This document shows, in pieces, positions 37,735 through 50,615 of a stretch of 64,000 bases of DNA. Numbering within the stretch: the stretch's first letter is position 1; each line of letters opens with the position of its first letter. Made by a program: the position numbers and the translations under genes. The DNA is from Oikopleura dioica (lineage: Eukaryota > Animalia > Chordata), in assembly GCA_907165135.1 (NCBI GenBank), contig OU015568.1, forward strand, positions 16,875,208-16,939,207, in the 5' to 3' direction. The notes below the pieces were generated by a model that was given only the letters and a program-made list of their open reading frames with translations, was not told the DNA's origin and did not search any database.

Positions 37735-37835
37735 CACTGTATTTCCATTATAACGCCATTCTGAAATTGAAAAAAGAATCAAGAGGAGTCAATCACACAC
37801 GACTGCGCTAAATTTCTGTTGTTTAAAATATATGT

Positions 37836-40800
37836 TCAGAACAGAATTTGCTGTCGTATATCAAAATAACCGGTTCCTCCTTTGAAAAGCTGTCCGGCAG
37901 CGACACTCGCCGCTGGCGACGTCATATCGTCATCCTCTCCATAAACAATCGAGTCGATCAAAAACTGTGTTGTAGTTTCGTATGACATTTTCTAATGAAA
38001 TATTATTCCAGAATCGAAATCAACAAGGAAAATACCTGAATCGGGGACGCGCAAGTTTTGAGTCCGTGCCGATTAAACGCTCTGTATTGACCTTCCTGAG
38101 TTACATAATCCGCGACTAAGGAAGTGTGCCTCTTGTCAACCGCAATACTAGAAAAGAAAAACATTCTAGAGCTGCCCAAACAAGCAGGAAACATACCCGT
38201 AAGGCTTGAAAACCTTGTCGATTTCCCGCTGCATGGTCATGACAGCAGCTTCGATTCCATACGCATTCCTGAAGGCATTCACATCGTTGGTTGAAATCCT
38301 GTTCAAATCGAGCATTTCTGGGTATTTGTAAAAGCCGGGGAAATTGATTCCCTCTGTCAGGATTTCGAAGTGCGTTCGGTCTTCTGACGGTTTGAATGTC
38401 ACCTTCGAAATGCTCGGAATTCCTGAAAATTCAAACGCTACGAACGGGTTTTTAAAAGTCCGAAATTACCTTGAATGAGAATTTCTCGAACAGCAGATTC
38501 AATGATGTGAACCAGATCAATGTTCTCGGAAGACGGGTCTCTTTTGAAAGTCACCAATATCCACGAGAACTTCTTCGCATCGTGCACAACGCTTGAAACA
38601 GACGCATGAGAAGCCAAAACGATCTCCCAGAAGTTCCCAGCGCTCTTGTTCATCTTCAATTTTTCGAGGATTTCCTCCGTCTCATTCTGTTTGAATTCGT
38701 CGTTGTCGGAATCGGAGTTGTCAATTTCTTCTGGATCGTCGTCTTCTTCATCTTTTACCTCATCGTCCACATCCTCGTATTCGCATTCATCAACGTCATC
38801 TTCTACGAAATTCAATAATCAAGCCTATTCAAAGCTGTACTTACCAATCACTCTAGCCGCTGGTTCATCGTCATCACCTTCGTTATCCTCATTTCCCGCT
38901 CTTCTTCCTCGCTTAGATCTAGCCGCTTCTTTATTTTTCGAAACGAACAAGTCCTGCTTTTTCCTCGCCTTTTCTGCATCTTCAAGTTTCTTGATGACAA
39001 CTTTGAAGAGTTTCTTTCGCATAATTTCGGAAACAACAAATTCTGGATCAAGATCCAAGCGTTTACACAATTTCCTGCCAATTTTAATTTCCACTTCGGT
39101 CTGAAGTTGGAAACATCCGTCTTGGACAATAAGCTTGTTCTGCGCTTTGACAGCGGTAATGACATCGGAAAGCCGGATGTTTTTCAAGCTGTTGACGAAT
39201 TTCTCCACCTCGGGCTCTGTTACATGGCGGTGGAAGGGAATCGTCATCGATGGTGTTTTGACCTCGGTAGGAGCTGTCATCAGCAGTTCTCTCAAACGAG
39301 GGATACCCAAGGTAATGTTGACATCGGCCTTTCCAGCCATGTGGAAAGTGTTCAGCGTCATTTGGGTCGATGGCTCACCGATAGATTGAGCAATAACAAG
39401 TCCGATTTGATCGCCTGGTGGCATGAGAGACTGTCGATATTTGGAATACAATAATTCTTGAATAGGCTTGTCCGTTCGCTTCATTTTGGAAAGATACGCT
39501 TTCACGTGGCCAATGAACGCTTCAGATGCCGAACCAAGATGAATATCCGGGCTGAGAGAAGCTATGTGTGGATCGGGGACGATTCGCTTCTTGATCCACA
39601 TTTGTCGGATATCTTCCGTCAGTGGCTCTTCTCCCGGGAATACTTCTTCCAACTCCTCAACCGGAGGGTCCAGATTCTTTTTCACTCGACCACTCTTTTT
39701 CTTCTTCGTTGTCACTTGATGCCAGACCTTGATGGCCATGTGATTGAACGAATCAACGACTTCACGGCCTTGTTCTTTGATCAACTGTGGAAGAGCGTCA
39801 TTGAACTCGGAAAGCTTCTCGTGCGACTTGAGGAAGTCATTGAACGCCAAAACTCGTTCGATCCCTGCGACGTTTCGTTCAGCCCACTGATTCTTCGCTT
39901 CTCGGTTTCGGAACTTTTCAGTTTGCTTTTGAAGCCGTTTGACTTCATCGGACATTCTGGGCATTTTCCCTGTCGGCCAAAGCTTTCGCGAATAAAGAGT
40001 TGAGTTTTCCTTGATAAAGTCGAACTGATGCGGTACCATGTAGGGCGTTTTGGCAACGTCGATACCATCTTCGCCGTATTGAAACTGAACGACGGATTGG
40101 TCATGATCACGGACGGTTCGATCGTAAGAGATGGTAATTCCTTCTAAATGTTTGATCAGGCAACGTTGGAGATAGCCAGAGGAAGAAGTTTTGCAAGCGG
40201 TATCGATCAGACCATCTCGACCGGCCATTACGTGAAAGAACATTTCCTGCGGGCGGAGTCCACCAGCATAGCGATGAGAAATAAAAGCACCAGATCGAAC
40301 ATCATGCTCGTACGGCTTCCAACAAGGAAAACACCTTCCAGAAGCAAGAATTTTTGGCCGCTTTCCGTCAAACTCTACTTGTCCGAGATTCGAGGCCATG
40401 TTGAGCAAGTTCGCTTTTGAACCCTTTGCACCAGTGACAATCAGCGTTTCCAAGTTATTTCGCGGAAATTTTTCTTCCAAATTTGGCTCGCAAAGTCGAT
40501 GAATCGCTTCGGTCACCGAGTTCGCTGCTTTTTTACAGATCGCGTCGACCTCGTGCATTGTAAATTCAGTGCCAACGAGATGAGCGTGTCTGATCTTCGC
40601 ACGAACGGCTGCGTCAAGTTCTGCGAGTTCTTCTGGCGATTCTGGAAGATCGTCGGCGAGTTCAAAGTGTTTGGCAAGCTCTTTCAAGCCGGCGAAATCA
40701 CCGGTTCTTACAATCTTCTTTCGCTTCTTTGCGATCCTGCTGCTGGTAACAACGTCTCGAATTCCAAGAGTGAATCCTTTGTAGCACTTCAAATAGTGCG

Positions 40801-43449
40801 AAAGACAGTAAGTAACAGCAGTGATGAGTTTTCCAACAGTAGGTCCTCCGAAGATCTCTTCCACCGCCGCGAGAATGGAGTATTTCGCTGAACCGATTTG
40901 ATCCTTGTCCAAGTATCCGGAGCAAACGTAGCCGTGTCTGACCACGAATTCAGAGTCTTTCATCGAGCAACCTTTGACCTTGCTCGGGTTCGGTATCGAG
41001 CGTTCTTTCTCTCCGTCCTTCATGTAGACACTATCCTTCATTTTGCAGTTGCCAACGTAGTTTGGTCCGGAGCCGCCGCAGAGATTTTGAATTATCGTGG
41101 TGATGATCTGCTTCCCAGTCCACAAGGCTTTTGGTTTGAAGATGGCTGGCGGGAGGAATTTGATCTTCTTTCCCGGATGATGTCGTTCCAGGCAGTTGAT
41201 GACAAGGTTCTGATACTCGGATTTGTCGAAGAAAGAGCCTCGTACGCACATCAGTGCTCCAGCAATCACGTGATCCTGCATTAATCCAGCTAATGGGAAT
41301 CCATCTTTGGCAGATCTGAACATGTGGTTCGTGTTCATCAGCATTTCCGCTTCCGCTCGGGCTTCTTCTGACTGAGGGAAGTGGACGTTCATTTCGTCGC
41401 CGTCAAAATCGGCGTTGAAATGTTTGCAGTTGGAGTAGTGCAGACGGAAGGTCTTTTCTCCAGGAATAACTCGAGCGTTGAAAGCCATGATGGAACCCTT
41501 GTGTAGCGTTGGCTGTCGATTCGCCAAAATAGCATCGCCGGAGCGAAGATGTCTCAAAACAGTCTTCATTCTTCCGAGTCCTTCGTTGTCTTCCTCGCTT
41601 GTTAGCAACTGATTAGCGCAGGCGACTCGCTGCGTTTCATCGTCTGGATCAAGAGTTTCTCTCAATCCATTTGGCCAGAGAATATGAGTGGCACCTGGAT
41701 GATTTCTTGGACCATTGATGACCGCTTGGCGGAGCTCTTTGTAGTTGTACTGGGTGACGCGTTCGGGATAGGTTAGTTTCTTCGCGACGAAGTCGGAAAC
41801 ACCGAATTCGTTCGTGGCGATGTTTGGGTCAGGAGTAATGACAGTTCGTGCGCAGAAGTTGACTCGTTTGCCCATAATATTTTGCCGGAAGAGACCCTTT
41901 TTCTTCTCGAGCTTTTGCTTGATTCCCGGATTTTTCGTGGTAATGCTTTTTTCCATGTTTGAATCGATGTGGATGTTGATAAGTTGCTGAAGGTTCATTT
42001 CCAGGTTCTCTTGCTTTTCATCCATCGACGCGCCGGGAAGAGTGGACAGAAAGCTTTTGACTTTGATCCTATCTCCTTGTGATTCGTAGCCTTCGTCAGT
42101 TTCGTTCGTCTCCATGTTCATTTCCCGAACTCGATGACCGTAGAGCCAGTTTAATTTCTTGCTCGATTCGAGGATTTTCTGAAGCATGGCTGTCCTATCT
42201 GACGCTAAGACCTTCTGCCCGGCTTTGTTCATCCTTCGGAAGCAGTTTGGAGGGACCAGGACGGTCTCGATGAAAAATGCTTCAAATCCAGTTCCGTCAA
42301 AGAGCAAATCACATGTCTGCCGCTCCGTGGCGAAGAGTTTTTTCAGTTGCCGGTAAAGTAGGTTCGTCGGAACGCGCTGAAGAGTCGCGTCAGTGTTCGG
42401 CGCGCTCTTCGCCTTTCGCTTTTCTTTGTCGATTTCATCCTCTTCCTCGTCGGAGCCTTCTGATTCTGCTTCCAGGTTGATTTCATCCTTTCTTCTTGGA
42501 AGTTCCAGGTAAACGCGAGTAACGCCGCCAGCACTTTCGAATTTCATCGTCGGCTTCGCGGTAAGACAGCGTGGACACTTCTTGATCTTTTGCTTGAAGT
42601 AGTCCATGAAGACATTGACGACTTCTCGCTTGTGGAATACGGAGGCTCGGTTCATGTCTTTCCCATTTCCAAGTTGGATTGATTCGGTCTTGACTTTGAG
42701 GAACTCTTGAAGCTCGTCGAGCGTCTTGCTCTTCGTCCCGTGCGATAAATTCTCATCAGCGGTCGCCCCCTCAGTATCTTTTTCCGCGCCGTAGTGATTT
42801 TTTGTCTCCCTCTCGATTTCGGTAAAAATGTCCATTCTTCCGGCGTTCAAGCAGATCAGCTTTGCTTGGAGAGTTAAAAGCGCTTTTTCCGTGCAGAGAA
42901 AATGACTGCAGTCGGGGCAAGAAGCAGCGAGGAGCATTTTTAGAGTTGTGAAGAAGACGGGGTTGATAACGGGCGAGGGGAGGTTGATATGGCCACAATG
43001 GCCGGGACAGTACTTTTCCGAGGAGTTGCATGTTGAGCAACGATCGCCCCTGAATTGTTAATGAAAAAATTTCATGATTTTTGACCACGGGGCTTGGCAA
43101 CCTGGGAAGAAAAACTGAGTCAGGGTCCTAGAACAGGTCTAATAAAAGAATCTTCCATGACCCTGCGTCAGGGTCCCTGACACCGGTTTTCACACAGGTT
43201 ACTGTTTTGATTTCTAACCCTTTTAGTAGAGAAGTACCTGTTCAACGGACCCAAAGCAGGATCATGAAGACCATTCAGCTGTGCGCTCTTTTTCCCTTCA
43301 ACTCTATCTTCGTAAACCAAGTCGCACTCGGTAATCTCTTTGACGGATAACTTGATGATTTCATCCTTTGAGTAAGTTCTGAAGCTGATGCGATTCGGCC
43401 AGGAGCGGACGATGTCACTCTCCACTCCGAGATTCGCCCTTCGACGCAT
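37836..43449 (-). CDS. POLR1A: DNA-directed RNA polymerase I largest subunit
   Basis: GLHDPALGP; [12 protein letters not shown] zinc site; [18 protein letters not shown]; NRQPTLH; catalytic [10 protein letters not shown]; [15 protein letters not shown]; [15 protein letters not shown]; ends [14 protein letters not shown]. Confidence 0.97.
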
Positions 43450-44460
43450 GTCTCTGAAAAATAAGCCATTTTTAGCGCGAGTTACGTAACACTGAGATCA
43501 TCCCAAAGAGTGATATCCCGAATGTTCCCTCCGCTCGGGGCGTCGCGAAATCGAAATAACGGCTCCTTGTCCTTGGTCAATTTCTCCTAACAGTTGCACA
43601 AATTTCAAGTGGTACTTGCTCTTGGCCAAGTTTATCAATTTTTTCGGCATTTTAGAAACATCGTTGGATTCGTGGCTCAGTTAACTAGGTCGATTGTGAC
43701 GTAATTTGAGAATTCAGCATTACTTTTTAATAATTAGAAAGAGAGGATTTTTTCGTGGTCGGTCATAAATTTCAGTCATATTTGTAGCTGAGGTTATTTT
43801 CGTCAAATTTCAGAAATCGGAATTATTGACAGAGCTGGCTTGATTCCAAAAAATTGTCTAAATTTTAGACATTTTTGTTCAATTGTCAATTGACAATTGA
43901 CAATTGACAATTGCACAAAATTTGACATTTTCACGTAAAGTAGTCTATTTCATATAAGGTTAGAATTTGGCAGTTAGGTTGAAGAAGAACGAGCTATTGA
44001 ACTTGCAATTATACGGCTAGGAAGATTCAAGAGGCAGTGATAAATTATTTAAAAAATATTGGTCACCAAATGTCTATTTTTCTTTTGATTTACAAATACA
44101 AATTTTATAAGCTAGATATCTTATTATTACTAATAAAATATGAAATAGTGCATATAATTAATCGATCTATAGACTATAGTCTATAGTTGATAAGCTCACC
44201 CCAGTTTCCGGCCTCATGAAGTTCAAGGCTTCGAATTAGCACAGAAATAATGAAAAAGTATATATATAATATATATTTTTACTAATATCTTATATTAAAA
44301 TACAAGTATATTATAATATAATTTATATATATAAATAGATCATCATGTTCCATTTTATTCTTTTCAGTAAAACCTTTCTAAGTATAAAGCCTAAATAATA
44401 CTATATCAAGAAGGCTTTAACGTACAGTCGATCAAACTATTTGATGTTCTCATTCGCTCC

Positions 44461-47162
44461 TTAGGAGGTCGCATTCTCGATCTTATTCCATTCTTCTTCA
44501 GACAAGCTCTTTTTGAAGTCAGGAGTCAAAGAAACGCCAGTTTCTCCAGAGGAAGCAAGAAGTCTTCCGATCGCGGTGAAGATGCTACTTTGGATGTTTT
44601 CGTCTTCGGATTTGACGAATCCCATGAAAATTGGCAGCAGCTCCTTGACGAAGCCTTCGGCAGATTTTGCTCCTAGTTTCTGGAACAAGTCCCCAATGAT
44701 GCGGATTACTGAGGCTTTTGAGCAGGCGTCGGGTTTTTGCAAATATTCAATTGCAGCGGGCAAAATGTCGGCTAAACCGTTATCGATCATGACCTGCGGG
44801 TCAACTCCTGCAGCTGCAAGGAGGAGAACACCACTGCCATCAAGTATATCTTGCTCGATTTCCTCGGCGTTGAAGAACTTTCCGTCGAAGAACTGGCCAT
44901 CAAGCTTGGCGTCATTATCATCTTCTTCATCTTCATTCTTCTCCTCTTCTGAAATAAAAGAGTGAGTTTTAACTTAAATCTAGTTCACCTACCAATCATG
45001 CAAGCCAGCTCTCCCTTCAATGCCATTCGAACAGTTTCCAAGATTCCTTTCGTATGAATTGGTTTCTTGAAAGCATCGAGGACCTCGTGAATTTCATTCA
45101 AAATTTGAAGGGCGCAATCGTGCTTAGCGTCAGTTCCAATTTTCTTAATACCGATGGAAACAGCATCAAATAGAGGCGTTTCGTTTCCAGACGTTTTCTG
45201 GATGACATGGCCCATGTGGATCATGGCGGCGCATGCGAATTTACTTATATCGCCGGTGTAAGAAGCGGTGACGTTCTTGCATTTCTCGAAGAGATCGGTG
45301 CTGGCGGCGGCGAGATGATCCGCAATTTTCTTGGCCATAAGGGTGAGAGCGTGGATAACAAACAACTTTTCTTCAAGGAAAAAGAAGTTCAAGTCGTTTT
45401 CCATGATGAATGCTGCGATCTCTTCATCGGCATGGGCGCAGGTGTCCTCGTTGTCTTCATCGACGCCCGCCATGTCAACATGTCGCCCCTTGAAGTATAG
45501 AGAGGTGGATGTGAGGGTTGTAGCTAGGCACTCGAGAATGCGAGGGACAGCATCAAGAAGGTCACGAGGGGAGTTCTTTAGGCACACAGTCGCGCAAGCC
45601 AGTTTCAGAGCCGCACGTCGCATCTCAGACTCATTTTCATGAAAAACAAGTTCTCTGGTTAGAGAAAGCGACTTCGCGGCGAATGGCACAAAAGCTTCTT
45701 GTGCTGCTGTAGCGACAGTAGCCATCGTGTCCAAAGCAGAAGCCTGCAGAGCATTCTCATCGGCGTCTTTGGAAACACCAGCAGCAGTCTCGGGCAAGAG
45801 CAATTCGAGCATCTGGACGGAATCTTCGAGATGTGGCGCGATAACGTCGTCAGGCATTTCCGCGATGAAAGTTGCAAGACACATGACAGCATGAGTAGCG
45901 GCTTGGCATTCCTGAGAGTTGCCCATTTGGATGAACCGTTTCAACGAGCTCATAAGAGATGGAAGAAGCTTCTCGATTTCATCTTCGACTCTTTCGTCTT
46001 CCACTGTGGAGAGAAAGCCAATGCAGTAAAACGCCTTCTCCAGTTGGTTGTGCTAGAAAAAGAGAGATCGGTCATTAATCAATCTGATAAAGGGTACCTT
46101 CACGAGATCCTCTGGAGATTTTTCCATCATTCCGATTGCCAATTCAAGAACTCCCGGGGCGAAATCAGCCATCTGCTCATGCATTTGCTCGGCAAATTGG
46201 CCCAGAGCGTAAAAAGCTGCTTTCTGAAGGGTTGGAGAGTCGGTTCGAAGGGCATCGCAAGCGAACTTTGATATGAATTCGGTGTGATCCCCAAGAGCAC
46301 CAGCGCATCCTTCACAGACATGAGCAAGAGCAGAAAGAGCTGCAAGTTTCTGACTAGCTTCGCCTATTCAAAAGAAATGTTGAAGATGAAGCAAGTTTTG
46401 GGCTTTACCTTCCGATGCACTGGTGGCAAAGTCCATCACAACGCTGGAAACTTCCGTATCCGGAAGCTTGTTCGAAATCGTATCCAGCAGGCGAAGTGAA
46501 AGAGATCGAGGAGACTCTTCTTCTTCTTCGTCAGTTTCGTCCGCTTCTGTTAGAATAGAGAAGCAAATATGCATAAGATCCTTGGTGATATTTAACTCCT
46601 CGATCACATCAGATTTGTTGAAGACTGCTTGAATCAGGAAATTTCCCGCGCAGCAACGAAGGGTAACATCTATTTATTAAATTTAGATACGGTAGTTCCT
46701 TGGCTTGGCAACCTGTGTAGAAAACCCGAGTCATGGCCTGAAAAAGGGTTAGGCGAACCGGGGTAGCGGCGAAGCTTGCTAGGCGGCTTTATATTTAAGC
46801 TTTTTCAGGCCCTGACTCAGGTTTTCTACACAGGTTGCCAGTACCAGATATATCCGAATCTTCCAAAAACACTTACCAGTTTCGGTTCTACCGAAAACCT
46901 TCGCAGAGAGACACTCGATGATATCCGCATCAAGCAGATTGGCCGGGCAATCAAGAGCCGCTTGGAAGACGTCAAATACCTCAATAGCGTCATCAGTTGC
47001 ATCGCCAGTTGCAGCGACGGATAAAACTGCAGCAACAGAGTTTTGCAAAATAGACTTGGCAGCGACTTCGTTTCCTTCCAGGACCGCTTTGCACAGCGAA
47101 CTCGGCGCGTTCTTATCGAAGCTGTTCGAGTTGAGTTCGACTTGCGATGTTTCACCCTTCAT
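44461..47162 (-). CDS. IPO4: Importin-4-like HEAT-repeat karyopherin, shortened at both ends
   Basis: Five in-frame exons. LQKAAFYALGQFAE; LQASALDTMATVA; EMRRAAL; FFLEEK; SEDENIQSSIFTAIGRL. About 770-800 aa in total. Confidence 0.75.
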
Positions 47163-47540
47163 CGTAATAAAAGCGTTCTTCAACTTTCTGAAAAATAATA
47201 ATTTTATCAGGATGATTAAAATCATTCAGAATCTTATCGCAAGATGCAGACTGTAAGCCAGATCATGAACTCCCTAATCTATCTCTTCATAAACCAAGTC
47301 GCACTCGGTTATTGTAAAAGTCTCTTATGCGTAGGCGAATTAAAAAACTTTGTGATGAAATTTGAACTCGTTGAATAAATAAACAATTTAAATTTTAAGT
47401 TATTATAAGGATTTCTTAGGAATCAAAGACAAAATGATTTTTACATTTAAACACTTATAAATATTCATGAATTAACTCGTTTATCGTATTATTTTAGATT
47501 GGATAACGTCACAATTTAATTCTGACCCACAATCGTCAAT

Positions 47541-48115
47541 GATACGTGAAAATCACTTTTGCGGAGCGATATTCTACCCCCATATTTCTTGTGCTCATTA
47601 GAAAGAGCAACTCCTAAGGAGTCAAATGGTATACGTTTGAGGGTCTGAGTCATCACATATGACGTCATAAGGACCATCCTTTGAAAAATGGTCATGTCCC
47701 CTGTATCTCCGAAAATTTTCAGAGATATATGGAGATTTTGGTATCGTTGGAAAGCCGGGCTCAAACTGCTATGAGCACAAGGTGTGCAAGAAAAATTTTG
47801 AGGAAAATTTTTTTCGGAGACAAAAACTTTTCGCCCAAATTTTTTTCGGAATTTTCTATTGCGCATCTGGTGCTCATAACCAGTTTGAGCTGAGCTTTCC
47901 AACGATACCAAAATCTCCATATATTTCTGAAAATTTTCGGAGATACAGGGGACATGACCTGACATTTTCAGGTACTTTAGGCACTAGAATTGGCGATTTT
48001 CCGTGGCTTCGAGACATAAATATTGTACCATTCGACTCCTCAGAAGCTGCGCTACAAAATGAGCCCAAAATATTGGGGTCCCGATTTTGCTCCGCAAAAG
48101 TCATTTTCATCTATC
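47541..48115. mobile_element. TIR element with 5-bp TSD and an internal ~120-bp foldback
   Basis: TIR GATA(CG/GA)TGAAAAT(C/G)ACTTTTGCGGAGC; TCAAT duplicated at 47536-47540 and 48116-48120; inner inverted repeat 47690-47960. Confidence 0.8.
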
Positions 48116-48228
48116 TCAATCGATCATTACAGTTTGCAATTATCACGAAAAAGATGCTTCTTTTATATAAAAATAGAACTTTATTGATTAGTACAAAATA
48201 TATAATATCGCAAAAATCTTCGCAGGCG

Positions 48229-50615
48229 TTAAGAAGGCACAGTTTCTTGAGTGATGAAAATACTCGAATCGAGGGGCGGTTCATTGGTTGCGCGCGGCGT
48301 CTCGTTTTGGCTTTTCAAAAGTACGATTTCGGACAAAACTGATTTTCCTGATCCACTTCTGATGCTTGCCCCGCTTCTCACTTTTTCTGGCGGCATTCTG
48401 GAACGAGTTAGGGGTGATTGAAGAGCGGTTTTACCTGTGAGAGTGGAGAGGAGGCAAAGGCGGCTTGGACAACTTGATTTGCTCATTGTCGACTCCGTTC
48501 ATTTTTGCAAAGAGAAGACGAATTACTCGCTCCTTCTGCTCCCACGTCAGATCAGAAATGTCTGTGTTTGGAGGCACGTTGTTCCAGTCCGAAGCATAGG
48601 CAATGTCTTTTTGAACTGTATTTGTCGAGTTGTAACCGCCCTTCGAGAAAGTTTTCACCGGCGGCGCTGCTCCCTAAACTCAGTTTTTAAATCTGTTTAA
48701 TAAAAATTTATACGTCTAAATGACGTGACGGAGTATTGAAAATTCCTACAGAAAATTCCAAAATTAAGCTCTTACCCTGCCCGTAGCTGCTGCAGCCATT
48801 TGTGCGTGATACTGAGTCTTTGTCGATTTGACATAATTCTGTCTTGAGTCTTTGATCCTTTCCGCCACTTCGTCCAGGGCCTCGATGAAAAACCGCTCCA
48901 TTTCTGCTCGCTCGTCCACAACTTTCTTAGCGAGCGTTTTAACTCTTCTATATTCTAGCTCTTTTCGCTGTAGCTGAAGACTTAATCTCGCAATATCGGC
49001 CTAAATCAATAAAATTAGCGATTTTGAAATCAAGGAAGAGAACGGCACCTGATCTGAAGCTGATTGTTGGACAGATTTGTGGAGCACGAGCGCGCGCTCA
49101 TTCTTATTCTCGCGCTGCTGCTCCTTCAGCTGATTGTTAAGTGTCTTGATCTCGTGCATCAGATTGCGAATGTGGTCCTTGGCTTTCTGGTATTCGGCCA
49201 CTTTCTCGCGCGCTGTTAGATCACTAATTTCAAGCTCTTGGTTGATCGTCTTGATTTTTCGCTCGAGTTTCTTGTTCCGCTCGCGCAGTGCCTTGTTCTC
49301 GTCGATGTGGTAGTTCATCACCTCGGACATTGAAACATTGTCGCGGAAAACCTAAACGATCGAGCTAGAAGGGCGAAAGACAAGTAGAAACCCAGGAGAG
49401 CAACCTCAAGGCGCTATGAAGGGGCTAGGCTCGGCAACCTGAATATACCGCGATTGGCATTTCTGACTGACTGATTCTGATTTTCGAGTGAAACAGCTAA
49501 TCAACCAATTAAAATTTGACTCTAGTGTCTCTTCTTTGAGAGTTCCGTCAAACCAGTGACGCCTACGCAATCTACGTTACAAATCTCCTATGTTTTTAGC
49601 ATGGAGAATTGTAACGTCAATGTGCATCTTTCAAAAATCAGTCAGTCAGGACTGCCAATCGCGGTATAACCTGAGTCAGGGTCTGAAAGAGCAAAATGAA
49701 AAGCAGCGTAGCGGCTTTCTTTAGAAACGAAGAACCTGACTCAGGTTTTCTTCCCAGGCCCCATCACCATCGGATATTTCGCCATTTGGAGAAAGACTTA
49801 CTTTTCTAGTGGTTTCATCGAGGCCCGCAATGGCTTCTTTTTGAGCAAGTTCAGCGTACTGTGCAATTTTTTGACTAGCCTGAAATATTATTAAATTTTC
49901 TGAAAAGAAATTCGTTTATGACCTCATTTTCCATTTTCATTTTTTCGACAAAGAATTTATGCTCCATTTTTTGCTTATTTTTCGTGTTGAGAGTTCGCTG
50001 CTCCTCGAGCTCGTTGCGCATGTCTTTGATTTCCTCCATCAGCTGCGCCTTTTGCTTGCGGAACTCTTTGACTGCATGCAATTCGCGTTGGAGCAGCTCG
50101 ACTTGCTTCTCCTTTTCGGCAAGTTGGTCTTCCCACGTTTTGGTTTTCGCATTGTATGTCGACTCGATCTTTTCACGCTCCTTTTCTGTCTAAACCGATT
50201 TAAGAAAGAAGGCCTTCATTTGGCTGAACTTACGATTTGCTCGAGTTCGGAAATTCGTTTATTCAGTTCTCGAATATTTTTGAACTTGGCGATATCCTCG
50301 CGCTTCAGCAGCGAAATGATATCAATCGTGTCCCTTTCGGCCTGATACAGCGAGTTGGAGATCTTTTCGTTCTCTGCGGCTAGTTTTTGACAAGTTTCTC
50401 GGTAATCATCGCGCTAAAGGTAAAAATCGTCGTATATGCTCTTCTTGCTAAAAAGAAGTTACCTGGCGCGTGCAGAGCGAAAGATTTTGCTTGCAAAGAA
50501 GGGCATTTGTAATGGCATTTTGGAGTTCTTCGTCTCGATTGACCACTTTTTCTCTTTTTTGGCTCCTTTCTTTCCCTTCCCACCTTTTTTGCCTCCTTTT
50601 TGCCCTTTTTGCCAT
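48229..50615 (-). CDS. BBOF1: Basal body orientation factor 1 (CCDC176)
   Basis: Lys-rich N-terminus; coiled coil; MEHKFFVEKMKME; ERAEMERFFIEALDEV; signature DISDLTWEQKERVIRLLFAKMNG. Confidence 0.9.
49446..49666. mobile_element. TA-TSD MITE nested in a palindromic MITE within a BBOF1 intron
   Basis: ~35-bp TIR TACCGCGATTGGCA..CTGACTGACTGATT; TA on both flanks; splits the host arm between CAACCTG and ACCTGAGTCAGG. Confidence 0.85.

Noticed and set aside
39107-42480. Plus-strand ORFs antisense to POLR1A (similar ones opposite IVD and IPO4)
   Set aside because: Shadow ORFs of long coding exons on the other strand.
43860-44190. (CAATTGA)n run and the CTATAGACTATAGTCTATAG palindrome as ncRNA
   Set aside because: Short low-complexity palindromes, probably TE debris; no tRNA, snRNA or SL RNA features recognised.
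47516-48342. Several overlapping ORFs of 64-186 aa
   Set aside because: They are mirror-image translations of a foldback element with no protein motif.
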